A stretch of 28,347 bases of DNA from Candidatus Wukongarchaeum yapensis (GTDB lineage: Archaea; Asgardarchaeota; Wukongarchaeia; Wukongarchaeales; Wukongarchaeaceae): positions 1 to 28,347 of the forward strand of contig JAEOSI010000001.1 in NCBI GenBank assembly GCA_016840425.1, written 5' to 3'. A program made the translations under genes and the position numbers. Under the pieces are notes generated by a model, which was given only the letters and a program-made list of their open reading frames with translations, did no database searches and was not told the DNA's origin. Shown piece by piece: positions 26,827 to 28,347 of the stretch. Position 1 is the stretch's first letter, and the number at the start of each line of letters is the position of its first letter.

Positions 26827-28119
26827 TCAATGAACTAATTTTGTTACTACTTCCCTTTTCTTCAAAGTTGCCAAGGAGTCATTGCCATAAGGGAAAATGC
26901 TTATTTTCGCTTCAGGGTTTTCATTGAGAAGTTTTTGGAGAAGAGACTGAACATCGTCCACAGGTTTTAACATAAAAGTTTCCTCTAACTCCTTTGGATC
27001 CATACTACTCTTAACATAAATCTGTGCCTTTGATAGGGCCTTTTGAAGATAGAACGCTTTATGTCCTCCAAGACAAAAACCGTCGTTAATCGCTTTCATA
27101 GCCTCGTTATAAGTACGATATTTCAATGTCCAGTCCAAAAAAACATTGTTTCCAACCCCCTCCTTGCACTCTGCTAAGAAAATAATTGTTTCTCCTTCTT
27201 TTACCGCAGCTAACCCTTGATCCACTGCTTTCAATGCCTGATACAAGTTTATGTCTTTTGGAAAACCGCCACTACTAATAACCAATATGTCCACAGCTTC
27301 TTTTGTCGGTATCTTCGCCATTTTATCCACAATTTTAACACCTTCCAAAAGAACCGTTTCCATGTCTCCAGCGAAAGAAGCTACAATCTCCTTTTTAGTG
27401 TTCAATACAACGTTAAGCGTAAAATCTGGTCCCACAAGCTTCGCAGCTTCTATCATATCATCCGAAAGAGGGTTATCCCCAAGATTCCCGGTGATCGCAT
27501 AGCAATCAGTCATCATCGCATGATTCGCAGAAATAGTCTCTCTTGCAGAAATCCCTGGCAGTAGACTCTTCCGGCCCCCGCCGTATCCGGCGTAATAGTG
27601 GAGATTTACATCTCCTGTCAATATTTTAACATCTGCACTAGTAAAAATTTTGTTAACTTTTACAGGGGTTCCTCGACTTGTTGTACCTACAAACTCAAAC
27701 TCCGCGTTATCACAATCATGGCTAACTATATTAAATCTATTCACAACCTCTTCCCCTAAAAGTTTCATAATCCCTTCCTCATCCCTCATAGGTGAATGAG
27801 TACCTGTAGCAATCAATATGGTAATATCCTTGTCCGAAACTCCTAGCTCGTTCAAGTAGTTTGCCAGAATGGGCACCATCAAATAACTGGGTGATGACCT
27901 CGTTTTATCATCTACGACCATAACCCCCGTATCCCCAGCGGAAACAATTTCCTCCAAAGGCTTAGAGTTCAAAGGATTTTTAATCGATTCCTCGATTAAT
28001 TTCTGGGGATTTTCAACTCCAGGGATGAATCCTGGCTTTAGGATCTCTGCAAAATTTTCTTCAGGTATATCTAAAGATACTTTAGAACTTCCATAGGGAA
28101 TTTTAACTTTAACAGTCAA
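26827..28119 (-). CDS. larA: Nickel-pincer-dependent lactate racemase / 2-hydroxyacid epimerase (LarA family)
   Basis: DDKTR, ATGTH, HYYAGYGGGRKSLLPG, GGFPKDINLYQALKA, LAECKEG, GGHKA. Confidence 0.9.
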   Translation of the reverse strand: MTVKVKIPYGSSKVSLDIPEENFAEILKPGFIPGVENPQKLIEESIKNPLNSKPLEEIVSAGDTGVMVVDDKTRSSPSYLMVPILANYLNELGVSDKDITILIATGTHSPMRDEEGIMKLLGEEVVNRFNIVSHDCDNAEFEFVGTTSRGTPVKVNKIFTSADVKILTGDVNLHYYAGYGGGRKSLLPGISARETISANHAMMTDCYAITGNLGDNPLSDDMIEAAKLVGPDFTLNVVLNTKKEIVASFAGDMETVLLEGVKIVDKMAKIPTKEAVDILVISSGGFPKDINLYQALKAVDQGLAAVKEGETIIFLAECKEGVGNNVFLDWTLKYRTYNEAMKAINDGFCLGGHKAFYLQKALSKAQIYVKSSMDPKELEETFMLKPVDDVQSLLQKLLNENPEAKISIFPYGNDSLATLKKREVVTKLVH

Positions 28120-28294
28120 AGAACCAACTCCAAAAACAAGCTTTTATCATAATTTTCCCAATTATTTAAAAAACTATCTCATTTTTTTATTTTTAACATG
28201 TTAGTTTTAGCGAAAAGGGTACTTTTATAAATCTTTGCTTTTAAATAGTTTATAAACCCCCTTTAAAAATCACATGTAATGGTAGGCATGTAAA

Positions 28295-28347
28295 ATGGAA
28301 GGAGAATCGGAACTAGAACCAAAAAAATATAACGCGAAAATTCAAAA
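28295..28347 (+). CDS. 5' end of a gene running off the window (MEGESELEPKKYNAKIQ...)
   Basis: ATG after an AT-rich divergent promoter region, open to the window edge. Too short to identify. Confidence 0.3.
   Translation, partial: MEGESELEPKKYNAKIQ

Noticed and set aside
1-28347. tRNA, rRNA, CRISPR array, integrase or defence genes
   Set aside because: No cloverleaf, rRNA-like GC-rich tract, regularly spaced repeats or recognisable motifs were seen by eye. A tRNAscan/Infernal run would be needed to exclude small RNAs.

Overview
AT-rich archaeal chromosomal window. Tandem Rab-like small GTPases point to an Asgard-type host, but this is inferred, not proven. From left to right: (1) a divergent threonine-catabolism pair (kbl and SDR-type tdh); (2) a proteostasis cluster of hsp20, cdc48, a PAC2/Pba chaperone and a Phr/HSR1-like wHTH repressor, with a perfect inverted repeat over the hsp20 start site; (3) two small unknown genes; (4) archaeal lipid genes (geranylgeranyl reductase and a CDP-alcohol phosphatidyltransferase); (5) two tandem Rab-like GTPases from a duplication that also left a decayed fragment of the lipid gene; (6) a 5'-truncated TnpB with an intact right end; (7) a complete archaeal-type chorismate pathway (asd, ADH synthase, DHQ synthase II, aroD, aroE, aroK, aroA, aroC), led by a citG-like gene and interrupted by an unannotated CBS pseudogene; (8) a MoeA-PBP fusion, an Lrp regulator with a Cys-rich tail, a Sec11-type signal peptidase with an extra domain, and larA. 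The strongest observations outside the ORF track are a second, HbYX-less CDC48 C-terminal tail encoded in the +1 frame across the cdc48 stop codon, and a mosaic identity pattern between the GTPase paralogs (3' part about 99% identical, switch-region 5' part about 85%). All counts and alignments were done by eye. No database searches were run.
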